Assembly (NCBI GenBank): GCA_030390025.1
Contig: CM059438.1
Coordinates: 33,852,001-33,916,000, forward strand
Length of the DNA: 64,000 nt
Direction: 5' to 3'
Origin: Squalus acanthias
Lineage: Eukaryota
Below are positions 35,990-47,974 of the stretch, piece after piece; the first letter of the stretch is position 1, and each line of letters starts with the position of its first letter. The translations under genes were made by a program, and so were the position numbers. The notes below the pieces were generated by a model that was not told where the DNA came from, did no database searches, and saw only the letters and a program-made list of their open reading frames with translations.

Positions 35990-36061
35990 CTTTCTTGCCT
36001 TGTATCTCTCATCACATAACAACCTCTCAATCTTAGAGCAAACACCATCTTCCAGAATTTC
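35990..36061 (-). CDS. DNTT: TdT internal exon (exon 5 equivalent): EILEDGVCSKIERLLCDERYKARK
   Basis: cacag| acceptor, |gtaagc donor; 72 bp, phase 0-0; matches TdT EIIEDG...DERY; this frame is not annotated as such in the ORF track. Confidence 0.92.
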
Positions 36062-36199
36062 CTGTGTGAAAGAATGAAATAAATTTCAATGTATAGCAAG
36101 CTATAATATTTTTTCCCACATTTTAATCCCATTTGGAAAATTGCCCCCAGAACTACTGCCTTGGAGAAATGGTGGAAGTGACGCAGGTGGTCAGTTGGA

Positions 36200-37270
36200 T
36201 CAGGTGGGGCAGAGAAAGGTGGGGCAGGATCGCTCAGCTGCCAGGGGAAGGTATCCCTGCTCTTAATCTCCTCTTCCTCATCATCGTCATGGTCATGTGC
36301 ATAAGTGGCAATAACTCCCCAGCTCTTCCGCCTCCATCTCATCATCATCATCTTCCTCCTCCTATGACCCTCCACCATTGCTGTAGTGGATCTTCAGGAA
36401 AGACGGATAGGCTAAGAATAGGTGAGTGTTACCTCCCTGGGATTAAGCAGACAGATTAAGGAGGGGTGGAAAGTTGTGTCCGTGCGGTGCTTCACATGGA
36501 TTCCAAAGCAACAGTGCAGGTGCTCAGTCATGAACCTGGGCTCTGGCAAGATGCCACCAACCTCACTGTCTCCCACAGCAAAAAACAAGTGAGTGCCCAC
36601 TAGCTCCATGGTGTTCTCCTCAAAGGGAGTGAGGGGTTTGAAGATGGGGATGTCCCCTCTGATGGCCTGCCTTTGATGGGCATTGGGTGCTAACTTGTCC
36701 CACAAGAAGATAGAGTGAATGAGGGTAAAGCCAGCAGTTGAGGAGTGTGTGCTAAGCGGTATGGGAGAGGTGGAGTAAGAGATGTGGAGGTATGAGGCTG
36801 CTAAAGTGGAGGAAGGGTTTTTTTCGGTTGTGCATGCAAGTAATTGATGTTAGGAGATCTGTGTGTACTCAGGACAGGATACTGAGTTAGAGCTGCCCTT
36901 CTTCAGAATACAGTGTGAAGGGTTAGTGTGAAAGTGTTGCTTTAAGAGGTTGAAGAGTATGCTGGTGCCCAGGGTGAGTAAGGAAGAAAAGGAAAGTGTG
37001 CCCAGTGTGTTAACTTGTCAGCCCTGGTGAGGTCATTAAACTGGACTGCAGTCCTGGGGGTGAGGGAGTTGGCACTCAGTGCCAGTGTTACCTCCCTCCA
37101 GGCAGCATGAGTTACATTCCTGGTAGAATTGGTGGCACCCATACCCGGGACTCATTTTGTCCTGTCTTCAACGCCTTCCAGAAGGGCTTGAAGGTCTCAA
37201 TGAGTGAAGTTGTGCGTTCTTTTTCTTTGGCTTGGTGCCATTGCCCTGCTGCTCTCTGGGTACAGATGGT
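36200..37270 (-). pseudogene. Degenerate Harbinger-type Myb/SANT gene relic
   Basis: AAWREVTLALSANSLTPRTAVQFNDLTR in ORF 36942-37142; acidic tract near 36270-36360. Confidence 0.55.
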
Positions 37271-37518
37271 GCTTGAATGTTCATAGTTCACAATAAAAAT
37301 ATTGGTAAGACATGCAGTAAAATTATTAGAGAGTGAAGTGAAAGAGCCAATCACTGTTCCTTCCTTATCTGTTTGTCCCCTAGTCTCCTGCCGATGAGCA
37401 CAGGTTGAAACTCTTTTAAAAAGCCGTACAGAAATGTTCTGGTCATTCAGCTGCTTACAAAGGTTTTATCCCAATGCCTACGCCAATGAGTATGCAAATG
37501 AGTAAACCAAGGAGACTA

Positions 37519-40500
37519 TGGCCCTGATATAAATGTAAAGGCGGGTTCCGAGCGAAGCTCAGATGTAAAGTTGGCGGGTCGGATTCTCCAATTCCGATTT
37601 GATTGAATCATTAAATATTTCCTCCCGGTTTTGCCTCTCCAAGCTGCGCAGTGGGCATGATGCGCACCCGCCATCTGAAGTCCACTATTAAAAGGACCAG
37701 TGCAGAAATGGAATTTGGAGGAGCCAGGAGGTATTGAGGATGGATTCACAAAGAGCAAGGGCAGCGTCAGATTCAATGAAGCTTCCCCTGAGTTACTGCT
37801 GGCTGCAGTCAGAAGCAGGAGGGACGTACTTTTCCCCAGCTATAGGAGGAAGAAACCTACTGCTGTCACCAAGAAGGCGTGGTTGGAGGTGGCTGAGGAG
37901 GTGAGAAGCAGGAGCATTGTTTCCCGGTCTTGGATGCAGTGCAAGAAGCAGTTTAATGTCCTAACCAGGTCAAGAAAAGTGAGCACATTTGCTGATTCAC
38001 CTAGATCCTGTGGTGTAAACCCCCCCCCCATCACTCTGTCTTGTCAAGCGTGCTCCATCACATCACTCCTCACACCCACTTAACATTCAGCATCACCCAG
38101 CCTTCATTTTCTATGCACTTCCTCACCTCCCTATGTATCCATCCACCTCTGCCACTCACCCCAATCCTTATGCATTGTGATGCATCTGTCTGATAGTCAC
38201 CCTCACCAACTATACTGCATCCATCAAGTGAATATGCAATCTTCATTCACTCATAGTTCTGTTTCTTTGCCCCTTATAGAAGAGAGCGCAAAACACAAGG
38301 GAGAGGGAGAGGACCGCAGGTGGCCCACCACAAATTACGCTGCTTACAGATGTAGAGGAGGATGCCATGCAGATAAGTGGCACATCTCCATCCTGGTCAA
38401 TAGGAGATGGAAAGACAGGGAGCCCATATTTAGCTGGTGACAGAATCAGAAATATTTCTGATGCACATGCTGACTTTATTTCATTAATGACTGAACTATG
38501 AGAAGACTGAGTAGAGTGATTATCAAGATTGTTACTTTGCCATGACTAATTCATATTTTTTGTCTTTTGTCTTCCAGGGCCTTCATGCATAGAGCAAGAG
38601 TCGCAGGAGATGCACGAGGACACTTCCTCAGAGGACCTCATTCCTTCTGAGGGTGCGCCAGCACAGGATGTATAACCGTGCGCCAGCGCAGATACTCACA
38701 CTTCGGTGGGTTCAGTTACACAGTTATTTAGGGTTTAACCTGGTGATTCACAATTCACAAGTGAGCACAAGCAAACACTGGTGGCAGGACAGCTGTGGAG
38801 AGTCCATGTCGGCGGGTGCAGTCCTCTCCAAGCTCTGCTCAGCTGGACACAGATGCTGAACCATCATTGAGAAGGAGAATGCTTGAGGTTAATCAGCAAC
38901 TTTGAAAGCTACTGACAGATATGCCACGCAAACACTCTACAATAATGGAGAGGATAGAGGAGTCCAACTCAAACAGTAGGGGATTGGTGGTGCAGGTAAT
39001 TGCGAGATTGTCTGCCATGGAGAGAATGGCCGCTTCCGTGGAGCTTCAAGCCTGGCTCTCGAGTGCATGCAGGCCATGACCACGGCCATGCAGACTTTGG
39101 CCGCCAACATGTCTGCCGTCTTAAACAGCATGACAGATACCTTATCCGTGGCCTTATAATGTGACACTGATCTTCATCAAGCTGACCTGCAGCAGAGTGG
39201 TAGGAGTGATGTGGCACTGGCCCATGAGAGGGATGATGACAAAAGGGGACATGGAAGTGGGAACTCCAATCAAAGTGCTCCCACGTCTCACCTGTTGCCC
39301 CCATCCCACCCCCACCTAGTCAGTACTCTACGTACTTCCTCTTCTCCCGATGGCTGAGCCTGCCCCTGCACAGGTGCAGGTAGAGCAGACTTTAGCAGGG
39401 CCCTCAGGGGCTCCGAAACCCAGAGGTCAGCAGCCAAGAGCATCTCAACAGTCAGGGCAGGGATCTGAGCAGCTTGCCTCTACCTCTACTGAAGCCACAC
39501 GGGATGCACCATGTAGAAGTGGTAGGAAGCATAAGTTAAAGGAATTGTAATTCATCAAGAGTATGCACATGGGTGTTTGACACAATGTTATGTTGTTAAG
39601 TTTCCTTTTTTTAAATAAGGCCACTTAAAATGTATTGATTAGCACCACTTCAACGTCTTGCCCATTATTGCAGCCTGAGTGCCAACTAGCCCTTTCACTT
39701 GTTTCATTATAAATGTCAATACATGACGGGACCCACTGGGCAGATGTGCAATGGGTGAATGAATGGCTGAAGGACTGTTTTGTGCAAAGCAAGGGGCAGA
39801 GATTTGGTAGTGGTGAGAGCTTTCATTTGTTATTTATTCCAGTCGGAATAATTAATTGAACCTTCGAGCTATTAGGGCATCCCTGGCAACAATGTAAGCA
39901 GTTGGTCTGGCGATGGGTGCCCCATTTTCACACTCTTCCTCCTCCTCTTCTTCAATGTTCTCCTCATCAGGTGATGTCTGATCATAGAATCATTACGGCA
40001 CAGTAAGAGGCCATTCGGCCCGTTGAGCCCGTGCTGGCTCTCTGCAAGAGCAATTCAGCTAGTCCCAATCACCCGCCCTTTCTCCATAGCCCTGCACATT
40101 TTTTCCTTCAGGTACGTATCCAATTCCCTTTTGAAAGCCATGATTGAATCTGCCTCCACCACCCTTTCAGGCAGTGCATTCCAGATCATAACTACTCGCT
40201 GCGTAAAAAAGTTTTCCCTCATGTCGCCTTTGGCTCTTCTGCCAATCACCTTGAATCTGTGTCCTCTGGTTCTCGATCCTTCTGCCAATGGGAACAGTTT
40301 CTCTCTATGTACTCTGTCTAGACCCCTCATGATTTTGAACACCTCTATCAAATCTCCTCTCAACCTTCTCTGCTCTAAGGAGAATAACCCCAGCTTCTCC
40401 AGTCTATCCACGTAACTAAAGTCCCTCAGCCCTGGAACCATTCTTGTAAATCTATTCTGCACCTTCTCTAAAGCCTTCACATCCTTCCTAAAGTGCGGTG

Positions 40501-43189
40501 CCCAGAATTGGACACAATATTCCAGTTGTGGCCGAACCAGTGTTTTATAAAGGTTCATCATAACTTCCTTATTTTTGTACTCTATGCCTCTATTTATGAA
40601 GCACAGGATTCCATATGCTTTTTTAACCGCTTTCTCAACCTGTCCTGCCACCTTCAATGATTTGTGCACATATACCCTCAGGTCTCTCTGTTCATGCACC
40701 CCCTTTAGAATTGTACCCTTTAGTTTATATTGCCTCTCCTCGTTCTTCCTACCAAAATGTATCACTTTGCACTTTTCTGTGTTAAACTTCATCTGCCACG
40801 TGTCCGCCCATTTCACCAGCCTGTCTATGTCCTCTTGAAGTCTATACCTACCCTCCTCACTGTTCACTATACTTCCAAGTTTTGTGTTATCCGCAAATTT
40901 TGAAATTGTGCCCTGTACACCTAAACCTGAATCATTAATATACATCAAGAAAAGCAGTGGTCCTAGTATCGACCGCTGGGGAACACCACTGTATATCTTC
41001 CTCTAGTCCGAAAAACAACTGTTCACCACTACTCTGTTTCCTGTCACTTAGCCATTTCTTATCCATGCTGTCACTGTCCCTTTTATTCCATGGGCTTCAA
41101 CTTTGCTGGCAAACCTATTATGTGGCATTTTATCAAATGCCTTTTGAAAGTCCATATACACCATATCAACCGCATTGCCTCATCAACCCTCTCTGTTACC
41201 TCATCAAAAAATTCAATCAAGTTAGTTAAACATGATATGCCTTTAACAAATCCATGCTGGCTTCCCTTAATTACTCTACACTTGTCCAAGTGACTGTTAA
41301 TTTTGTCCCGGATTATCGTTTCTAAAAGCTTCCCGACTACAGAGGTTAAGCTGACTGGCCTGTAATTGCTGGGTTTATTCTTACACCCTTTTTTGAACAA
41401 GGGTGTAACATTTGTAATTCTCCAGTCCTCTGGCACCACCCCCGTATCCAAGGAGAATTGGAAGATTATGGCCAGTATCTCCGCAATTTCCACCTTTAAT
41501 TCCCTCAACATCCTAGGATGCATCCCATCTGGTTCTGGTGACTTATCTACTTTAAGTACAACCAGCCTTTCTAGTACCTGCTCTTTATCAATTTTTATCC
41601 CATCCAATATCTCAACTACCTCATCTTTCACTATGACGTTGGCAGCATCTTCTTCCTTGGTAAAGACAGATGCAAAGTATTCATTTAGTACCTCAGCCAT
41701 GCCCTCTGCCTCCATGCGTAGGTCTCCTTTTTGGTCCCTAATTGGCCCCACCCCTCCTCTTACTACCCGTTTACTATTTATATACCTATAGAAGATGAGT
41801 GCCTTGGTCGTCCTCCACATGTAATCCTCTCTGCTGCTCAATGTTCTGCAGGACGCAGCATACCACTAAGATTCGGGACACCTTCACTGGCGAGCACTGA
41901 TCACCTCCAGACCTACATAGGGACCTGAAGTGCATCTTCAACATGCCGACAGCTTGTTCGATGACACACCTGGTGGTCATGTGGCTCTCGTTGCAGTGCT
42001 CCTGCGCCCCATTTTGGGGTTCCTCATGGGTGTCATGAGCCAAGTTTGAAGGGGGTCTCCCTTGTCTGCTACGAGCCAGCCCTTAAGTCTGGTTCCTGAA
42101 ATGAAAAGGTCTGAAATGTTGGACTGCTCCAGTATGAAAGCTTCATGAAAGTTCCCAGGGAATCTGGTGCACACCTCTTCTTGTGGTTGCATAGCAGCTG
42201 CATATTGATGGAATAAAATCCCTTGCAGTTGATAAAAACTCCTGATTGATGTGGTGGTCCTTGGATTGCCACATGTGTGCAATCGGTGGCACCCTGTACC
42301 TGTGGGAAGCCAGCCAGAGAGGTGAATGCGATTGCCCGCTCATGTTGACTATTGTCATTGCTGGGAAGTTGACATAAGTCGACGCCCTGGCAAACAACCC
42401 ATCTGTGACCTGCCGTATACATTTATGGATAGCCAACTGGGTGACCCTTGAGATGCCTCCGGTGGCGCACTGGAAGGAGCCAGAGGCAAAGAAATTGAAG
42501 GCGGTGGTGGCTTTGACAGCGGCGGGCAATGCGTGTCCAGCAGGGAGCCACTCTTCTTGAAGGAGGCTGCTGATGTCTGCGACCACCTACCGTGTCAATC
42601 TGAGCCTGTGGAAGCACTGCACGACGTCAGGACTGTGGTTGGGGACTGTCTTCCTCGTCCGATGTAGTGTCCAAAACATCCATAGCACCTCCCATCCTGC
42701 TGGTGTTCATTTGAAAGCCTCCAAAATTCTCAAAAACCTCCTTGCTGACAAGAACGCTCTGCGAAATATTTGCCAGAGTGAACTGACAAAGCAGCTGAAA
42801 GCACTGAGACTTTATTGAGATCGGGCAATCTGAACTTTATAAACCCCCATGAAGTACCCCTTCAATCTCGCCTCCTTTTCACTGCCGAGTTTCCTGACCT
42901 CCGGGAAAGCCATGCCGGAGGCATTAAATTCAAATGCCTGTTTAATCCAATTGAAAATCCCTTTATTACCATGTGCCAATGATGTTATCGGCGGTGGTAA
43001 TTACTGACCCGCCTGTCCTAATGATTGTGCTGACTCGGCGAGCAAGTTACGCGCACACAGCCGAATGCGCCTCCGTTAATTTACAGAAGTGGGTGTGTTG
43101 GAGCTGGGTTGCAGTCGCACTTCAATTTTCTTCGATGGTTACTTCCCACCTGACCCCAATCCAACCGTTCTTGGGGGTTAAAATTCCCC
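37519..43189. mobile_element. Older, degenerate full-length Harbinger (Myb gene +, 37700-39550; transposase -, about 39850-42700) split by a CR1 insertion
   Basis: RFNEA..LLL.AV..RRDVLF...AWLEVAEEV...QCKKQFN; GATDCTH, ADKGDPL, VIEQAVGMLKMHFR and CCVLQN remnants; terminus ggggttaaaattcccc. Confidence 0.8.
39982..41790 (-). mobile_element. CR1 LINE, 5'-truncated, inserted into the old Harbinger transposase
   Basis: NYRPVSLTS, QHGF, FADN and RPQLEYCVQFW in ORFs 41083-41841 and 40055-40948. Confidence 0.92.
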
Positions 43190-43234
43190 TCAATGTATCT
43201 CCCTCGAGACGCCATCAGCGAATGAAACACTAAA

Positions 43235-43927
43235 GGGGCAAAATTCGGTTACGCCCCAGCCGCTAAATTCGGCTTACCGCCCCGGCAAGGGAGCAGAGTG
43301 CTGTATCGGGTGCTCCACTTCCTCTTGGGATATTGTCGCGGGCGCAAAGCGCTGTAGCGCCGGAGCGCTATGCGGCCGCTCCACGTAGTGCTGACACATT
43401 TCAGCGTCCCTCCCCTTCCGTTAAAGGGGAGGGACGCTGCAAGCTTTACAGGGCCTCCGATGGCCCACACTAGCCCACCAGGGTGGCGTGGTGCATGGCT
43501 GCAGCCCAGCACCGAGAGACCTAAAAAAGGTAAAATAGCGGCGCAGGTTGCGGCCGCACCTCCCTTTAATTAGCGCCCCACAAGCAGAGGTTGGCCCGGC
43601 TTATGACCCATGAGGCTGGTGTTAACACCGCCCGCGGAAGCCTCGTGCAGCGCAGCCGAATTTCTGCCACGGGGCGGTAAGGGGTCGTGGCGGGGCGCTA
43701 AGGGGTCGCGGCAGGGCGTTAAAGAGTCATGTCGCTCGGCGATAACATCATCACCGGTAGCGCAGCGGCCCGGAGTGCGCCGCTATCAGCTAGCGCCTCA
43801 GTAGCGCCCACCTAATTTCTTGGGAGGTACTATTAGCGCCCCTGCCCAGGCGATAAGCCTTTTGCGCCCCGTTAACACCCCCTGGAGGCGCTAATGGCAG
43901 GCGCAAAGAAGCCGAATTTCACGGCCA
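43235..43927. mobile_element. Non-autonomous element with termini related to the intact Harbinger
   Basis: ggggcaaaattcggttacgcccc...ggaggcgctaatggcaggcgcaaa...gaattt; many TAGCGCC motifs. Confidence 0.75.
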
Positions 43928-45414
43928 CATTTTTATGTAAAGCAGCAGTGTAAATCACATCAAGGAAATTTCAACCCTTAGACTTTTGCACCAGGAATTT
44001 CCTCGGGACTTCTCCCGCTCCGAATTCTATTTTAATATGAACACCTAGCTAACAGTGACCATAATATGATAGAATTCAATATTAGGTTTGAGAGAGAGAG
44101 AAGGGTGAGTCACAAACCAAGGTTTTAAATTTAGGTAAGGCTGACATTGGAGGGATGAGGCAGGAATTGATCACAATAGACTGGACAGAACTATAAATGG
44201 ATAAAAGTATCGATGAACATGGGAAGTATTCAAGAAAATAGTGATGGAGAAACTAATGAGGTTAAAGATAGACAAAGTTCCAGGACCCAGTGGTTTCCAC
44301 CCCAGGTTATTAAAAGAAGTAGCTGAGGAAATTGTTGATCATTAGTCATGATCTTCCAAAACTCTCTCGATTCAGGACTTGTCCTCTTGGATTGGAAAAC
44401 TGCCAATGTCACTCCATTATTTAAGGGTAGGAGAGATAAACTAGTAAATTATAGGCCTATTAGTCTGATGTCAGTTGTGGTAAGTTACTGGAATCTAGTA
44501 TTAGGGACAGGCACATGGACAAATATGAGCTAATCAGAGAGATGCAGCATGGATTTGTAACGGGCAAGTCATGTCTAACGAACCAAGTTGAATTTTATTG
44601 AGGAGGTAGCAAATGTGGTAGATAAGGGAGTGTCTATGGATGTTCTTTATATGGACTTCCAGAATGCATTCGACAAGGTTTCACAAGAGACTGTTAACAA
44701 AAATGGAAGCGCATGGAATTGGAGGCAACCTATTGGCTTGGATAGGGAATTGGTTAGGAGATAGGAGACAGAGAGTAGGGATAATGGGGGTGTACTCAAC
44801 TTGGCAGGATGTGACTAGTGGTGTCCCCCAGTGATCTGTACTGAGGCCTCAGCTTTTCACTATATTTATAAATGAACTGGATGAAGAAATAGAGAGCCTT
44901 ACATCTAAGTTTACTGACAACACTAAGTGGCACAGTAAATAGTGTAAACGGGAGCAGAAAGTTGCAAAAGGACATTGCTAGATTAAGTGAGTGGGCAGAA
45001 CTGTGCCAGATGGAGTTCAATGTGGGAAAGTAGGAAGTCATCCACTTTGGACCCAAGAAAAATAAATCAGAATATTTTCTAAATGGTGAGAAACTAGGAA
45101 CTGTGGATGAGCAGAGAGATTTAGGAGTCCAAGTACAGAAATCACTAAAAACTACTGAACAGGTATAAAAAAAATTAAAAAGGCTAATGGAATGTTGGCC
45201 GTTATTTCAAGAAAGCTGGAATACAAAGGGATGGAAGTTATGTTACACATGTACAGAACCCTAGTTAGACCCCATTTAGAGTACTGCATCCAGTTCTGGG
45301 TACTGCACCTTAGGAAGGCCTTGAAGGGGGATGCAGTGCAGATTCACCAGAATGATACCGGGGCTAAAAGGGTTACATTATGAGGACAGATTGCATAGAC
45401 TAGGCTTGTGTTCC

Positions 45415-46902
45415 AAAAGCAAAATACTGCGGATGCTGGAAATCTGAAATAAAAACATAAAATACTGGAAATACTCAGGTGGTCAGGCAGCATCTGTGGA
45501 GAGAGAAACAGAGGTAACGTTTCAGGTCTGTGACCTTTTGTTAGAACTGGAAACAGTTAGAGATGTAACAGGTTTTAAGCAAGTACAGAGGCAGGGAAAT
45601 GGGGGAGGGGAGGAAAGAACAAAAGGGAAGGTCTGTGATAGGATGGAAGGCAGGAGAGATTAAATGACAAAAGGGATGGTGGTGCAAGGCGAAAGGAGAT
45701 GGTAATGGGACAAGTAAAGAAACAAAAGATGGGTCTGGAGGAGGTGTAAGTGGGAATATCAGAATCATCAGCAACATCTGCCATCCGAAAAAAATGGGGG
45801 CAGAGGTTATGATCTGAAATTGTTGAACTCAATGTTGAGTCCGGAAGGCTGTAAAAGCCAAAGTCCAAAGATGTGCGGGCAACACGGTGGCATAGTGGTT
45901 AGCACTGGTGTCTCACAGCGCCAGGGACCCGGGTTCGAATCTGACCTCGGGTGACTGTCTGTGTGGAGTTTGCACATTCTCCCCGTGTCTGCGTGGGTTT
46001 CCTCCGGGTGCTCCGGTTTCCTCCCACAGTCCAAAAATGTGCGGGTTAGGTTGATTTGGCTATGATAAATTGACCCTTAGTGTTAGAGGGGATTAAATAC
46101 GTGGGGTTACGGGGATAGGGTGGGATATGTGTCGGTGCAGGCTCGATGGGCCGAAATGGCCTCTATCTGCACTGTGGGGATTGTGTGATTCTGTGAAAAG
46201 TACCTAATCGAAAGACGAGGTGCTGTTCCTCCAGCTTATGTTGAGCTTCATTGGAACAGAGTAGGAGGCCAAGGACAGAGAGGTCAGAGTGGGAGTGGGA
46301 CGGAGAATCAAAATGACAGGTGACCGGAAGCTCGGGGTCACTCTTGCGGACTAAACGGAGGTGTTCCACAAAGTGGTCACCTAATCTATGTTTGGTCTTC
46401 CCAATGTAGAGGAGACCGCATCATGAGCAGCAAATACAGTATACTAAATTGAAAGTAGTACAAGTAAATTGCTGTTTCACCTGGAAGGAGTGTTTGCGGC
46501 TCTGGACGATGGGAAGCAAGGAGGTAAAAGGGCAGGTGTTGCATCTCCTGTGCTTGCAGGGGAAGGTGCCGTGGGAGGGGGAGTGAGTGTTGGGCGTGAT
46601 AGAAGAGTGGACCAGGATGCCGCGGAGGGAGCGGTCCCTTCGGAATGCTGAAAGGGGAGCGTAGGGGAAAATGTGTTTGGTGGTGGGATCACGCTGGTGG
46701 TGGCAGAAATGGTGGAGGATGATCCGTTGAATATGGAGGCTGGTGGGGTGGAAGGTGAGGACAAGGGGAACCCTATCGTGGTTCTGGGAGGGAGGGGAAG
46801 AGGTGAGAGCGTAAGTGCGGGAAATGGAACGGACACATTCGAGGGCCAGGTCAACCATGTTGGAGGGGAATCCTCTGTTGAGGAAAAAGAAAGACATATC
46901 GC
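45415..46902 (-). mobile_element. Penelope-like element 3' fragment (GIY-YIG), itself interrupted by a V-SINE
   Basis: Homologous to 15280-16440; FPCKHRRCNTC, LVYCI, GLNIEFNNFRS. Confidence 0.9.
45877..46195 (+). mobile_element. V-SINE (HE1-like)
   Basis: tRNA head (ggtggcatagtggttagcac, gggttcgaatc); V domain tgtgtggagtttgcacattctccccgtgtctgcgtgggtttcctccggg; CR1-like tail. Confidence 0.88.
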
Positions 46903-47563
46903 TTGAATATAGAAGATGAAAGGGTGATCTAATTGAGGTGTTGAAGATGATCAAAGGAATTGATAGGGTAGATAGAGAGAAACTATTTCCTCTGGTGGGG
47001 GAGTCGCCTTAAAATTAGAGCCGCTATTCCAGGGTGATGTCAGAAAGCACTTCTTCACACAAAGGTAGTGGAAATCTGGAACTCTCGCCCCCAAAAAGCT
47101 ATTGAGGCAAGATCAATTGAAAATTTCAAAACTGAGATTGATAGATTTTTGTTAGGCAAGGGTATTAAAGGTTAACGAACCAAGGCGGATAGTTGGTGTT
47201 AAGATACAGATCAGCCATTATTTAATTAATGGTGGAACAGGCTCGAGGGGCTGAATGGCCTACTCCTGGTCCTACGTTCCTATTTTCCGCCGTTGTAACT
47301 TCAGCAGAAACCCTATTTACATGTTTTCCACCGAACCTCCAGCAGCAAAGCCCTGAGGAAGTTCCGGCGTTGGTTTTCATGCTCAACATTTTGCCCTATC
47401 CAGGTGTGTAGGGAGAAATGCATATTAACAAAGGAAATATAAGATGAGTTAAAATCCAATCATCTCCATTTTATGCATTAACTTCAAGAAATGTATAATA
47501 TACAATAGTTATTCTAGCAGAAATCAGTCATCATCTTGTAATATCTTTTTCACAGTCTTGTAC

Positions 47564-47734
47564 CTCAATTATGGCTCTTGTTTCGTCTCCGATACAGGGA
47601 AGTCCCTCCAGGTTCTCCATTCTACTTATTGTGTAAGGAAGGGATTTTAGCAACGCTGTTGCTCTTGAAAATGCCACATAGGGCCCTTTGGTTTCATTGA
47701 ACTCAGAGTTTTCTGCCAAAATGTCCAGTGCATC
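47564..47734 (-). CDS. DNTT: TdT internal exon (equivalent to human exon 4; 8-kDa domain): DALDILAENSEFNETKGPYVAFSRATALLKSLPYTISRMENLEGLPCIGDETRAIIE
   Basis: AG acceptor at 47736-47735, GT donor at 47563-47562; 171 bp, phase 0-0; peptide matches the TdT pattern DAFDILAEN...LKSLPF...EGIPCLG...IIE. Confidence 0.93.
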
Positions 47735-47974
47735 CTGCATAAAAAACAATACCTAGAACATTAGCAATGCCAGTATGCAACATATGAAATCTCAGAGATT
47801 ATACACAGTGTACTATGAACAGTAACATCACTTTGAAGTTAGCTGACTTCGAATTCTGTGATGATCTATCAAAGCCATTGATTGCATTTCATTTTCCTCA
47901 AAAGGTTCGAAGACTTGAGCTTTGTTCTTTAGACCAGAAAAAGAGCATACAAATGTTTATGCTATGTAGTGCAG

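Larger units (their letters stand above)
44050..47243 (+). mobile_element. Degenerate CR1 (44050-45412 and 46903-47243) interrupted by a Penelope element
   Basis: RT motifs resume across the insertion: ggcttgtgttcc|...|cttgaatatagaag. Confidence 0.85.
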
